A stretch of 42,249 nt of DNA from Actinomycetes bacterium (GTDB lineage Bacteria; Actinomycetota; Actinomycetes; JACCUZ01): assembly GCA_036499185.1 (NCBI GenBank), contig DASYEF010000043.1, forward strand, positions 1-42,249. Direction: 5' to 3'. Positions within the stretch are counted from its first letter, which is position 1. Each line of letters starts with the position of its first letter. Below, piece by piece: positions 33,910 through 42,249 of the stretch. The translations under genes and the position numbers were made by a program. Below the pieces are notes generated by a model. It had not been told where the DNA came from. It saw only the letters and a program-made list of their open reading frames with translations, and did no database searches.

Positions 33910-34644
33910 TCACCCCGCGACGAGCTGCTGGCCGCCGTCGATGTCGAAGGTTGCCCCGGTGAGGGCTGTGTTCGTCATGATGTGCACGGCCAGGGCGGCC
34001 ACGTCGGTCGGTCCGACGACCCGCCCGATCGGCAGCATCTTGCGCAGCTGGTCCCGCCGCTCGTCCAGCTGATCACCCAGGATCGACGCCGACAGCGGTG
34101 TGTCGACGAAACCGGGCGCGATGACGTTGACCCGGACCGGCGCGAGCTCGAGCGCGAGAACCTTCGCCAGCGCCGGCACCCCGGCCGTGAACGTAGACAG
34201 GACCGTGTAGCCGACGGCAGGGCGACGACCGCCGGTGCCGCTGATGAACAGCAGCGTGCCGCCGGGGCGCACCTTGCCGGCCGCGTTGCGGGCGACCCGC
34301 AGCGTCAGCCACAGGTGCTGTTCGACGTCGCGGCGTGCCTGGTCGAAGTCCATCGTCGCCAGCGGCCCGTAGTAGGGGCCGCCGGCGGTCAACATCAGAT
34401 GGTCGATCGGTGCGGGCAGCTCCTCGAAGAACCGGTCGAGGCGCTCGAAGTCGGTGGCGTCGAAGGCCACGCTGCCCTTCGCACCGAGCTCGGTCGCCGC
34501 ACGCTCCAGGCGCCCCGGGTCGCGCGCGGTGAGAATGACCTCGGCCCCCTCTGAGCGGGCCCGTCTGGCGGTCTCGAGCCCGATGCCAGCACTGCCGCCG
34601 ATCACGACGACGGTCTGCCCGAGCAGCTCGGCGACGCTGGTCAT
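33910..34644 (-). CDS. SDR family oxidoreductase
   Basis: [17 protein letters not shown] (T-G-x-x-x-G-x-G variant) ... [15 protein letters not shown] overlaps the upstream stop (ATGA). Confidence 0.9.
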   Translation of the reverse strand: MTSVAELLGQTVVVIGGSAGIGLETARRARSEGAEVILTARDPGRLERAATELGAKGSVAFDATDFERLDRFFEELPAPIDHLMLTAGGPYYGPLATMDFDQARRDVEQHLWLTLRVARNAAGKVRPGGTLLFISGTGGRRPAVGYTVLSTFTAGVPALAKVLALELAPVRVNVIAPGFVDTPLSASILGDQLDERRDQLRKMLPIGRVVGPTDVAALAVHIMTNTALTGATFDIDGGQQLVAG

Positions 34645-35981
34645 GGTGTCGCCGTCGAGGTCGTCTCGCGCAGGGCCTTCAGCCCGGCTACGTAGATCTC
34701 GGAGAAGGTGGGGAACGGCTGGATGGTGTCGCGCAGGATCTCCAGTGGAACCCGGGCGCGAATCGCCAGCGTGGCCTGTTGCAGCCATTCACCGGCCTCG
34801 GGGCCGAGCGCGTACGCGCCGGTCAGCACCTTGCCGTCGCTGAGGAGGGTCAAGAAGCCGTTCGACTCGGCGTAGGCGCGCGTGTAGGTCTCGGTCTTGG
34901 CCACCCCCGACACCGGGACCGTTGCACTGAACTCGGCCTCCGTGGCCCCCACCGCCGCGGCGTGCGGGTCGGTGTAGGTGACGCGGGGCACGGCCCGGTA
35001 GTCGGCTTCGCGTGGCTCGCCCAGGATGTTCGCGGCGACCACCTCGCCCTGGTACTTGCCGACATGGGTGAGGGGCCAGATGCCGGTGACGTCGCCGATC
35101 GCCCACAGCCGCTCACCGAGCTGCAGCCGGGCGTCGACCGGGATGCCATGGCCGTCGACGGTGACGCCGACGGTCTCCAGACCGATCCCCTCCACCCGGG
35201 GGCGACGGCCGGTGGCGACCAGCAGCCGGTCGCCATGCAGCTCGCCACCGTCCTCGACGACCACGACGTAGTCGTCCCCGTCCCGCCGGGCGGCTGCAGC
35301 ATGCTGACCCAGGACGACCTCGATGCCGTCCTTGCGCAGGACTTCGGCGAGTGCCTCACCGAGCGGGGCGGGCTCGCGACCGAGCAGGTGGTCCGAACCC
35401 TCGATGATCGTGACCGCCCCGCCGAGGCGGGTGACAGCCTGGGCCATCTCGACGCCGACCGGCCCGCCGCCGAGCACGAGCAGGCGGCGAGGCACCGCCT
35501 TCATCCCGGTGACCTCGCGGTTCGTCCAGATCCCGTCGAGCTCCCGGAGGCCCGGGATCGGCGGGATGACCGGGTCGGCGCCGGTTGCCACCACGACGTG
35601 AGTCGCGGTGTGGCGTACGCCGTCGACCTCGACCACGCCAACACCCGCGAGCCGACCGGGTCCCCGGATCAGGTCGATGTGCTTGCTCTTCAGCCAGCTC
35701 TCCTGGCCCGCATCGGAGTAGTTGGAGACCATGAAGTCCCGCCATGCAAGCGCCGCCTGGACATCGACCTGGGCCGTAGCGGTGGCGTCACGTGCGGCGT
35801 GCACGGCCTCACCAGGACGCAGCAGGGTCTTGGATGGGATGCAGGCCCAGTACGAGCACTCGCCGCCGACAAGCTCTCGCTCGACCAGGGCGACCCGCAG
35901 ACCCCCCTCGGCCAGCTCTCCGGCGCAATGCTCCCCCGGCGAGCCGCCACCAATCACGATGACGTCGTAGTCGGGTGTCAT
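34641..35981 (-). CDS. FAD/NAD(P)-dependent pyridine nucleotide-disulfide oxidoreductase (class I, CxxxxC)
   Basis: [23 protein letters not shown]...[13 protein letters not shown] is the redox-active disulfide. A second dinucleotide fold is [15 protein letters not shown]. The start overlaps the upstream VOC gene stop. Confidence 0.9.
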   Translation of the reverse strand: MTPDYDVIVIGGGSPGEHCAGELAEGGLRVALVERELVGGECSYWACIPSKTLLRPGEAVHAARDATATAQVDVQAALAWRDFMVSNYSDAGQESWLKSKHIDLIRGPGRLAGVGVVEVDGVRHTATHVVVATGADPVIPPIPGLRELDGIWTNREVTGMKAVPRRLLVLGGGPVGVEMAQAVTRLGGAVTIIEGSDHLLGREPAPLGEALAEVLRKDGIEVVLGQHAAAARRDGDDYVVVVEDGGELHGDRLLVATGRRPRVEGIGLETVGVTVDGHGIPVDARLQLGERLWAIGDVTGIWPLTHVGKYQGEVVAANILGEPREADYRAVPRVTYTDPHAAAVGATEAEFSATVPVSGVAKTETYTRAYAESNGFLTLLSDGKVLTGAYALGPEAGEWLQQATLAIRARVPLEILRDTIQPFPTFSEIYVAGLKALRETTSTATP

Positions 35982-36661
35982 GTAGGCAGTTCCTGCCCGA
36001 CCTGCTCCCGGACCATGTACTCGGCGTACCAGGCCGGCCAGTCTGCATCGGCCTGCCCGGTCCGAGCCTCGTGCTCCCCATGCGCTGCGGCAGCGCGCCG
36101 CAATGCCTCGGCGAGGTCAGCAGCCGACGCGAACGAGGTCCTTGCGGGGTCGAGGCGTCCGGGAAGCCGGGTCGTCACCTCCTGCAACAGCCAGGTGTTG
36201 CCGTCCGGGTCGCTGAACGAGGCGAACGAGCTGTAGCTGCCGTCGTCGGGGCCACGCCCGGTGACGCGTCCTGGTGCGTCGACGCCCCCGAACCGGCAGG
36301 CGAACCCTGTGTCGCAGTGGAACACCTCGGTGACCTCGACGTCGCTCTTGGCCAGCTCGTCGCGCACTGTGGCGATGTCGGCGACGATCAGATAGGTGGA
36401 CTGGAGCGATCCCGGGGCGGCCGACGTGAGGTTCGTACCGAACTGCACGGAGCACCCGGAGCCGGGTGGGGTGAGCTGGATCAGCCGGAAGTCTTCGCCG
36501 GTGGCCACGTCGGCGTCCAGCCTCCAGCCGAGGCGGGAGTAGAAGTCCTTGGCGCGGTCTACGTCCGAGACGGGAATGACCAGCACCTCGAGCTTCAGGT
36601 CGACTACTGAAACCTCGGCGGTCGTCGCTTGCCCATCGCTGTTCACCTGCACGCTGCTCAT
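35978..36661 (-). CDS. VOC/glyoxalase family protein with a C-terminal helical extension
   Basis: [26 protein letters not shown]...[14 protein letters not shown]. First gene of a translationally coupled three-gene unit. Confidence 0.85.
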   Translation of the reverse strand: MSSVQVNSDGQATTAEVSVVDLKLEVLVIPVSDVDRAKDFYSRLGWRLDADVATGEDFRLIQLTPPGSGCSVQFGTNLTSAAPGSLQSTYLIVADIATVRDELAKSDVEVTEVFHCDTGFACRFGGVDAPGRVTGRGPDDGSYSSFASFSDPDGNTWLLQEVTTRLPGRLDPARTSFASAADLAEALRRAAAAHGEHEARTGQADADWPAWYAEYMVREQVGQELPT

Positions 36662-36903
36662 GGCGACCCTTCACTGGAGGAGACGGGTGAGGACACTGCG
36701 CGGCGCAGGCCACCAAGCCCCCTGGAACCAGCTCGCGACGAGTGACGCCCTTTCCGATAGTGCACCCGTTCTCCGACGGCTGCCAAGGTCGTCGGCAGCG
36801 GACGCGAGGCCCCTGTTCCCAGTCTGTTTCCAAGATCGGGAGTCGGACCTAACCTGAAAGAGCGCCCCGGGGTGCGACCGAGGTCAGGAGGTGCTCTGTC
36901 CGG

Positions 36904-38679
36904 ATGTCTGAGCTGCCCGCGACACTCGTCTCGGTCAATGTCGGCATGCCACGCGAAGTCGCCTGGCAGGGGCAGACCGTCTTCACCGGCATCTGGAAAG
37001 ACGCAGTGCATGGTCCGCGCCAGGTCCGTCGGCTGAACATCGACGGGGACGGCCAGGGCGATCGGGCCGGGCACGGGGGCGAGCAGCGCGCCGTGTACGT
37101 ATATCAGCTCGACTCGTACGGATATTGGCGCGACCAGCTCCAGCGCGACGACTTCGACTTCGGCCAGTTCGGTGAGAATTTCACGGTGGACGGGCTCCGC
37201 GACGACGAGGTGTGCATCGGCGACCAGTACCGCATCGGCTCCGCCGTGTTCGAGGTCACCCAACCGCGGGTGACGTGCTACCGGGTCGGAATCCGAATGA
37301 ACGAGCCTCGGATGGCCGCGTTGCTCACCGGGCACGGCCGCCCCGGCTTCTACTTCCGAGTCCGTGAAGAAGGTGTCGTACAAGCCGGCGACGACGTCGT
37401 CAAGGTCACGACCGGAGTGGGGCGGATGACCGTCGCGGCCACCAACGCGCTGCTGTACGTGGACCGTCGGCCCGACCCCGAGCTGCTTCAGCGAGCGTTG
37501 GAGATCCCCGCGCTCAGCCCGGGCTGGCAGGCCTCCTTGCTCGCACTGCTCAAGCAGCAGCGCAGCGGCGCGGCGAGCGGTGGGAACGCGGGCTTGAAGT
37601 TCCTCGGGCCGCCACCAGCCTGGCCAGGCTTCCGGACCTTGCGGGTGGTCGAGAAGCGTCCGGAGAACGCCACCGTGCTGTCACTGCAGCTCGAGCCCGA
37701 CGACGGCTCCACCCTGGCGCGCCCGCTACCAGGGCAATTTGTCACGCTGAAGCTCGAGCCCGGTCACGGCGCGCCTCCGGTCGTGCGCAGCTACTCGCTG
37801 TCAGGGCCACCTGACAGCAGTCGCTACCGGATCACGATCAAGGTCGAACCGCACGGAGCGGCCGGCAGGTACCTGCGCGCCAGGGTCGACGTCGGTGACC
37901 GCATCAACGTCGCCGCGCCGCGTGGACAGTTCACGCTCGACGATGGTGCACAGCCCGTCGTGCTGGTGAGTGCGGGCGTCGGCGTGACACCCGTGCTGGC
38001 GATGCTGCACGCGCTGCACGACAGCAGGTCGACGCGTGACATCTGGTGGCTCCACGGCACACGCAGCGGCGCCGAGCACGCCTTCGCCCAGGAGACACGG
38101 TCCCTGCTCGCGACACTGCCGAACGCGCGCAGCCGCGTCTGGTACAGCCGACCCGGTCCTGGCGACCAGATCGGGACCGACTTCGACGAGCTCGGGCACC
38201 TAACGTCCGAGGCGATCGCTGCGGCCGGAGCACCGACGGACGGTGAGTTCTACCTCTGCGGGCCCACCCCGTTCATGACTGCGGTCCTCGCCGGCCTCGG
38301 CAGGTACGGCGTGCCGACCGCCCGCCTGCATACCGAGACGTTCGGCGCGGAGGCTCCGATCACGCCGGGCATCGTTCAGCAACCCACCAGGCCACCACAC
38401 CCGCCGGAGGGCATCCCAGGCACGGGCCCGGTCGTTTCCTTCGTGCGGACCGGCATGAGCGTCCGCTGGGATGACAGATTCGCCAGCGTCCTCGAGCTTG
38501 CCGAAGCCTGCGACGTGCCCGTTCGTTGGTCGTGCCGGACGGGCGTATGCCATACCTGCGAGACCGGCCTGCTGGAGGGCGACGTCGCCTACGCGCCCGA
38601 ACCCCTCGAGCCGCCCGCGGTCGGCAACCTCCTGGCGTGCTGCTCCCGGCCTCGCGGCGATCTCGCCGTCGACCTCTGA
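36904..38679 (+). CDS. MOSC domain - ferredoxin-NADP reductase-like - 2Fe-2S ferredoxin fusion protein
   Basis: The N-terminal MOSC region is FTGIWKDAV...GDGQGDRAGHGG...QPRVTCYRVG. The middle has RSYSLS (FAD-binding R-x-Y-S) and VVLVSAGVGVTPVLAM (NAD). The C-terminus CRTGVCHTCETG...C is plant-type 2Fe-2S. AGGAGG lies upstream of ATG 36904. Confidence 0.9.
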   Translation: MSELPATLVSVNVGMPREVAWQGQTVFTGIWKDAVHGPRQVRRLNIDGDGQGDRAGHGGEQRAVYVYQLDSYGYWRDQLQRDDFDFGQFGENFTVDGLRDDEVCIGDQYRIGSAVFEVTQPRVTCYRVGIRMNEPRMAALLTGHGRPGFYFRVREEGVVQAGDDVVKVTTGVGRMTVAATNALLYVDRRPDPELLQRALEIPALSPGWQASLLALLKQQRSGAASGGNAGLKFLGPPPAWPGFRTLRVVEKRPENATVLSLQLEPDDGSTLARPLPGQFVTLKLEPGHGAPPVVRSYSLSGPPDSSRYRITIKVEPHGAAGRYLRARVDVGDRINVAAPRGQFTLDDGAQPVVLVSAGVGVTPVLAMLHALHDSRSTRDIWWLHGTRSGAEHAFAQETRSLLATLPNARSRVWYSRPGPGDQIGTDFDELGHLTSEAIAAAGAPTDGEFYLCGPTPFMTAVLAGLGRYGVPTARLHTETFGAEAPITPGIVQQPTRPPHPPEGIPGTGPVVSFVRTGMSVRWDDRFASVLELAEACDVPVRWSCRTGVCHTCETGLLEGDVAYAPEPLEPPAVGNLLACCSRPRGDLAVDL

Positions 38680-38698
38680 GCGAGGGCATGACTTCGGG

Positions 38699-39412
38699 TC
38701 AGTGGCCGGCGATCTGGCCGCCGTCGATGTGCAGGATCTCCCCCGTGATGAATGGTGATGACTCCAGGAAGAGAACCCCGTCGACCACATCGCTGACCTG
38801 ACCAACGCGTCCGAGCGGTTGGAGCCCCGCAAGTGCGTCGTACGACTCCGGAGGATGCTCCGGCGTCTGGATGATCCCCGGAGAGACCGCGTTGACGCGG
38901 ATGCCGCGGGACGCGTACTCGATGGCCAGTGACTTGGTGGCCGAGGCTAGCCCGCCCTTGGTGAGTGACGTCAGGACGGAGGGCGTGGTGGAGTTGGCGT
39001 AGTCGGCCAGCGTCGTGGTGATGTTGACGATGTGGCCGCTGCCTCGCTCAAGCATCTCGCTGATGGCGCGCTGGGTCAGCCTGAAGAATCCAGTGAGGTT
39101 GACACCGACTGCCGACGCGTAGTCGTCCACCGTGTAGTTCGTAAAGGGCTTGGAGATGAAGACGCCAGCGTTGTTGATGAGGGTGTCGATGCGCCCGAAG
39201 CTCTCGAGTGCCTCGCTGATGATCCGATCGATGGTGTCGGGATCGGAGACGTCTCCCTCAACGGTGAGCACGGCAGGATCTGCCGCGGGTTCAGCCGTGC
39301 GGGAGCAAGCGACGACCGCCCAGCCTCGGCGCCGGTACTCGGCGACGATGCCTGCGCCGATGCCCCGAGAGCCCCCGGTGACGATGACCACCTTCTGGCC
39401 CTGCTCGTTCAT
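38699..39412 (-). CDS. SDR family oxidoreductase
   Basis: MNEQGQKVVIVTGGSRGIGAGIV...NNAG...Y..TK...VNAVSPGIIQTP. The longer track ORF (to 39592) runs through tRNA-Ala and is rejected. Confidence 0.9.
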   Translation of the reverse strand: MNEQGQKVVIVTGGSRGIGAGIVAEYRRRGWAVVACSRTAEPAADPAVLTVEGDVSDPDTIDRIISEALESFGRIDTLINNAGVFISKPFTNYTVDDYASAVGVNLTGFFRLTQRAISEMLERGSGHIVNITTTLADYANSTTPSVLTSLTKGGLASATKSLAIEYASRGIRVNAVSPGIIQTPEHPPESYDALAGLQPLGRVGQVSDVVDGVLFLESSPFITGEILHIDGGQIAGH

Positions 39413-39504
39413 GACCTCGCCAGGATCTGCTGCTGTACTTCGCTGCAGTACTCGGGTGATTCGAAGATCATCCCCACCGCGGACGCGCTCTGACCAGACC
39501 TTGG

Positions 39505-39580
39505 TGGTGGAGCTGAGGGGACTCGAACCCCTGACCCCCTCGTTGCGAACGAGGTGCGCTACCAGCTGCGCTACAGCCCC
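39505..39580 (-). tRNA. tRNA-Ala (anticodon CGC), CCA encoded
   Basis: Minus strand GGGGCTGTAGCGCAGCTGGTAGCGCACCTCGTTCGCAACGAGGGGGTCAGGGGTTCGAGTCCCCTCAGCTCCACCA. It has the G3:U70 Ala identity pair, anticodon loop TTCGCAA and T-loop TTCGAGT. Confidence 0.9.
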
Positions 39581-39664
39581 TAGGTGGAGCAACGAGGTTA
39601 TCAGGGCAACTGGGACCGGTTCACCTCGCCGAGCGCCGGTCGGCAGCCGTGCGAAGAGCGCCGC

Positions 39665-40558
39665 TCAGTCGTTGACGGCGCGGCGGCGCAGGATCGTCTC
39701 GAGCTGGTCCTCGGCCTCGTCGGCGTCCTCGACGAGGGCCGCCATGCCGGAGCGCGCCGGCTGGTCGGACGGCTGGCGCTGCTCGGCGATGCGAGCACCG
39801 GCGAGCTCGGTGTCGGACCAGGCACCGGGGTCGCTGAGGTCCATCGCGGGGGCGCGCCGCGGTGCCGGTGGCTTCGTGACGTACGTCGGCAGCGGGACCG
39901 GCACGGGCTCCCAGCGGCCCTCGGCCTCGGCCGCTTCGCGGGCCTCCTGCTCGCGGAGCCGGGCCGCGGCCGCCTCCGCCTCGGCCCAGCGGGCCTCCTC
40001 CGCAGCGCGCTCCTCGGCCATCTCCCGGCGTACCGACATCAGGCGGTCGAGCGCGTCGAAGCGCATCAGGCGGGACCGCATGGTGCGCCGGACCGCCTGG
40101 CGGGACCGGTCGACCTCGCGGCCGCGACGGACCTGGAGCCGCAGGTGGGCCAGGTCGCCGACGGTGACGACGACCAGCAGCGCAGGAGCCCACCACGGCA
40201 CCGGCGTCAGCGGGGTCAGGAGTGACACGACCAGCGTCGTGAGAACCAGGCCCGCCAGGATCCGCCTTCGCCGGACCTTGGCGCTGACCGGCCGGCGGCG
40301 GACCTGGCCGCGCGCGGCCGGCAGCGGCGTGCGGTTCGGGCCGGATCGGCGGGCGGCCTCGGGGCGTGGCGGCATCACGACGTACCGGCGGTCCGGGGTG
40401 GTCTCCCGGCGGGAGAGGATCTTCATCGCGGTGTCGAACTTCTCCACCGAGCGCGATTCCGAGAGCTCGTCGTGGCGGCGCAGCCAGCGTGGGATGAAGT
40501 AGGCCGCCCACATGACGATGAGGAACGCGTAGATGATCCCGCTGCCCACGCGGGCCAC
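39665..40558 (-). CDS. SepX/GlpR-like membrane protein (Glu/Arg/Pro/Ala-rich tail)
   Basis: The N-terminal GSGIIYAFLIVMWAAYFIPRWLRRHDELSESRSVEKFDTAMKILSRR resembles, from memory, the conserved N-terminus of actinobacterial divisome proteins SepX/GlpR. There is a second TM helix and a charged coiled-coil-like tail. The start is uncertain (GTG 40558 or 40549). The overlapping 343-aa frame is rejected. Confidence 0.55.
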   Translation of the reverse strand: MARVGSGIIYAFLIVMWAAYFIPRWLRRHDELSESRSVEKFDTAMKILSRRETTPDRRYVVMPPRPEAARRSGPNRTPLPAARGQVRRRPVSAKVRRRRILAGLVLTTLVVSLLTPLTPVPWWAPALLVVVTVGDLAHLRLQVRRGREVDRSRQAVRRTMRSRLMRFDALDRLMSVRREMAEERAAEEARWAEAEAAAARLREQEAREAAEAEGRWEPVPVPLPTYVTKPPAPRRAPAMDLSDPGAWSDTELAGARIAEQRQPSDQPARSGMAALVEDADEAEDQLETILRRRAVND

Positions 40559-40668
40559 GGTAGGGCGGACCTCGGGCCCGGCCACGGACCCGAGCCGGTG
40601 TGTCGCGAGACCATTCGAGTGACTGGTGTGACTCGTGGGTCTCGGCCAACAACCCCGCAAGCCCCCCG

Positions 40669-40753
40669 AAACGATCACGGTTCCGTGATCACCTCACCCG
40701 AACCGTGCTCATATCAGCGCGGTTGGCGACAAACGATCACGGTTCCGTGATCA
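40669..40753. promoter_or_regulatory. two identical 23-bp boxes, each containing the perfect palindrome GATCACGGTTCCGTGATC
   Basis: aaacgatcacggttccgtgatca at 40669-40691 and 40731-40753, 62 bp apart. They lie between the GNAT stop (40782) and the SepX-like start (about 40558). Confidence 0.6.
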
Positions 40754-40781
40754 TTTGCGGAAAGCTGGGAAGGGCTCCGGG

Positions 40782-41399
40782 TCAGCGCGGCTGCTGGGTG
40801 GCCCGCCAGCGGGCCAGCAGGCCCTGCGGGACCTCCTCGGTGGTCAGCGCGAAGGACCGGTGGTCGCGCCAGGCGCCGGCGATGTGCAGGAAGGCGACCC
40901 GCAGCCCCTCCTCGCGAAACCCGAGCTTCTCGACCACCCGCAGGGACGCGGCGTTCTCCGGCCGGATGTTGACCTCGACCCGGTGCAGACCGAGCACCCG
41001 GAAGCAGTGGTCGGTCACCAGCGCGACCGCGGTCGGCATGACGCCCCGGCCGGCGACCCGCTGGTCCACCCAGTAGCCGATGTGCGCCGAGGCGAGCGAG
41101 CCCCAGGTGATGCCGCCGACGGTCACCTGCCCGACGAGAGCGCCGTCGTAGGTCACGACGAACGGCAGGACCGTCCCCTGCCGGGCCTGCTTGTGCAGCG
41201 ATCGGACCATCGCCGTGAACGACATCGTGCGCCCGGAGTCGCCTGGCGGAGTCGCCTCCCAGGGCGCGAGCCACGCCGCGTTGCGGCCGCGGATGGCCAG
41301 CCAGGTGGTGCGGTCCGAGCGGCGGATCGGGCGCAGCCCGACCCGGCCCTCCTGCAAGGTCGCCGGCCACCCACGTCGGACCGGCCCGATGATGGACAT
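40782..41399 (-). CDS. GNAT family N-acetyltransferase (RimJ-like)
   Basis: LRPIRRSDRTTWLAIRGRNAAWLAPWE...IGYWVDQRVAGRGVMPTAV...LHRVEVNIRPENAASLRVVEKLGFREEG. Confidence 0.85.
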   Translation of the reverse strand: MSIIGPVRRGWPATLQEGRVGLRPIRRSDRTTWLAIRGRNAAWLAPWEATPPGDSGRTMSFTAMVRSLHKQARQGTVLPFVVTYDGALVGQVTVGGITWGSLASAHIGYWVDQRVAGRGVMPTAVALVTDHCFRVLGLHRVEVNIRPENAASLRVVEKLGFREEGLRVAFLHIAGAWRDHRSFALTTEEVPQGLLARWRATQQPR

Positions 41400-41400
41400 C

Positions 41401-41871
41401 TCAGTGGTCGCTCCCGTGCACCTGCTCCACCGCGTGCACGAGAAGCGGCGCCAGCACCTTGAGCCCGTCGCGTACGCCGCCCGGCGAGCCCGGCAGGTTG
41501 ACGACGAGTGTGCGCCCCGCCACCCCCGCCAGCCCGCGCGACAGTGCTGCCGTCGGGACGCCCTGTGCGACGCCGTACGCGCGGATCGCCTCCGCCACCC
41601 CCGGCAGGTCGGTGTCGAGCACCGCGCGGGTCATCTCCGGGGTGCGGTCCGTCGGCGTGATGCCGGTGCCTCCCGAGGTCACGACGACGTCGTACGCCGA
41701 CGCGACCGCCGCCCGCAAGGTCTCGGCCACCGGTTCGCCGTCGGGCACCACCTGTGGCCCGTCGACGTCGAAGCCGAGCGCCGCTAGCCCCTCGACGATC
41801 ACCGGCCCGGTGCGGTCCTCGTAGACGCCGGCCGACGCGCGGTTGCTCACGCTGACCACGAGCGCCCTCAC
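41401..41871 (-). CDS. MoaB/Mog family molybdenum cofactor biosynthesis protein
   Basis: [23 protein letters not shown]...[19 protein letters not shown]...LPGSPGG. GTG overlaps the moaC stop (GTGA). Confidence 0.9.
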   Translation of the reverse strand: MRALVVSVSNRASAGVYEDRTGPVIVEGLAALGFDVDGPQVVPDGEPVAETLRAAVASAYDVVVTSGGTGITPTDRTPEMTRAVLDTDLPGVAEAIRAYGVAQGVPTAALSRGLAGVAGRTLVVNLPGSPGGVRDGLKVLAPLLVHAVEQVHGSDH

Positions 41872-42249
41872 GGCGTCGCGCCGCCCCGGACCCACGTCCC
41901 CGACCGGCCCCCCGTCTTCGACTCGACCCGCACGTCGGTGATGGTCGCGCCCTTGTCGACGGCCTTCACCATGTCGACCAGCGTGAGGCCGGCGACCGCC
42001 ACGCAGGTCAGCGCCTCCATCTCGACGCCGGTCCGGTCCGCCGTGCGCACGGTCGCGGTGATCGCGACCGCGTCGTCGTCCACGCGCAGGTCCACCTCGA
42101 CGGCGTGGATCGCGATCGGGTGGCACAGCGGCACCAGGTCCGGCGTGCGTTTCGCCGCCTGGATGCCCGCGATGCGCGCCACCGCCAGTGCATCACCCTT
42201 CGGTACGCCGACGCCGCGCAGCAGCCCGACGACCTCGGCGCTCACGAGT
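41868..42249 (-). CDS. moaC: cyclic pyranopterin monophosphate synthase, N-terminus beyond the window edge
   Basis: [38 protein letters not shown]...[28 protein letters not shown] is the canonical MoaC sequence. Confidence 0.9.
   Translation of the reverse strand, partial: LVSAEVVGLLRGVGVPKGDALAVARIAGIQAAKRTPDLVPLCHPIAIHAVEVDLRVDDDAVAITATVRTADRTGVEMEALTCVAVAGLTLVDMVKAVDKGATITDVRVESKTGGRSGTWVRGGATP

Noticed and set aside
22300-39580. Possible genomic island integrated at tRNA-Ala
   Set aside because: The gene content looks accessory and ends at the tRNA 3' side. However, I found no integrase or recombinase, no phage or conjugation genes, and no direct repeat of the tRNA 3' end, so an integrative element cannot be supported from this window.
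38699-39592. 297-aa version of the SDR ORF starting at 39592
   Set aside because: Its first 30 or so codons (MLHLGAVAQLVAHLVRNEGVRGSSPLS) are the translation of tRNA-Ala. The real start is MNEQGQK at 39412.
39621-40652. 343-aa minus-strand ORF overlapping the SepX/GlpR-like gene in another frame
   Set aside because: An Arg/Pro/Gly-rich sequence without TM segments or motifs. The competing frame (39665-40558) has two clear TM helices and the conserved N-terminal motif.

Overview
High-GC actinobacterial chromosome. The codon bias and the gene order pmt / rsmI / metG / tatD / rpfB / rsmA(ksgA) / ispE ... glmU / prs / TetR resemble the conserved mycobacterial-type housekeeping block. I call about 45 protein genes, 2 tRNAs (Gln-UUG, Ala-CGC) and one insertion sequence.

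Layout:
- 1-21.7 kb is mostly core: prs, glmU, tRNA-Gln, ispE, rsmA, rpfB, tatD, metG, rsmI, pmt, an ABC-F ATPase and a CDF transporter.
- 22-39.5 kb is an accessory-looking block of small enzymes. It holds GNATs, a pentapeptide-DinB fusion, tandem dienelactone-hydrolase paralogs, an arylsulfatase, a Tat-type amine oxidase, a redox/detox cluster and a MOSC-reductase-ferredoxin fusion. It ends at tRNA-Ala.
- 39.6-42.2 kb holds a SepX/GlpR-like membrane protein, a GNAT, moaB/mog and a partial moaC.

Most interesting locus: an apparently intact IS110-family element at 16542-18040.
- Its ends can be placed to the nucleotide, because it interrupts one unit of a higher-order palindromic array of about 72-bp repeats.
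- Joining its two ends in silico creates a near-consensus promoter (TTGACC-N17-TCTAAT).
- Its 238-nt left non-coding end contains two modules whose strands match the target flanks and the element ends. That is the pattern expected of a bridge (seek) RNA.

Other items worth a second look:
- A low-GC tandem-HTH protein with a LAGLIDADG-like C-terminal domain, wedged beside tRNA-Gln.
- Two identical 23-bp palindrome-containing boxes upstream of the SepX/GlpR-like gene.
- A nested hairpin in the rpfB leader.
- Three tandem repeats of about 51 bp in a divergent promoter region.
- A decayed BKACE gene remnant marking a rearrangement junction.

I found no CRISPR array, rRNA or prophage.

Limits: all functional calls come from motif and family recognition by eye, with no database search. 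Start codons are inferred. Many long ORFs in the track are antisense or off-frame artefacts of high GC content.
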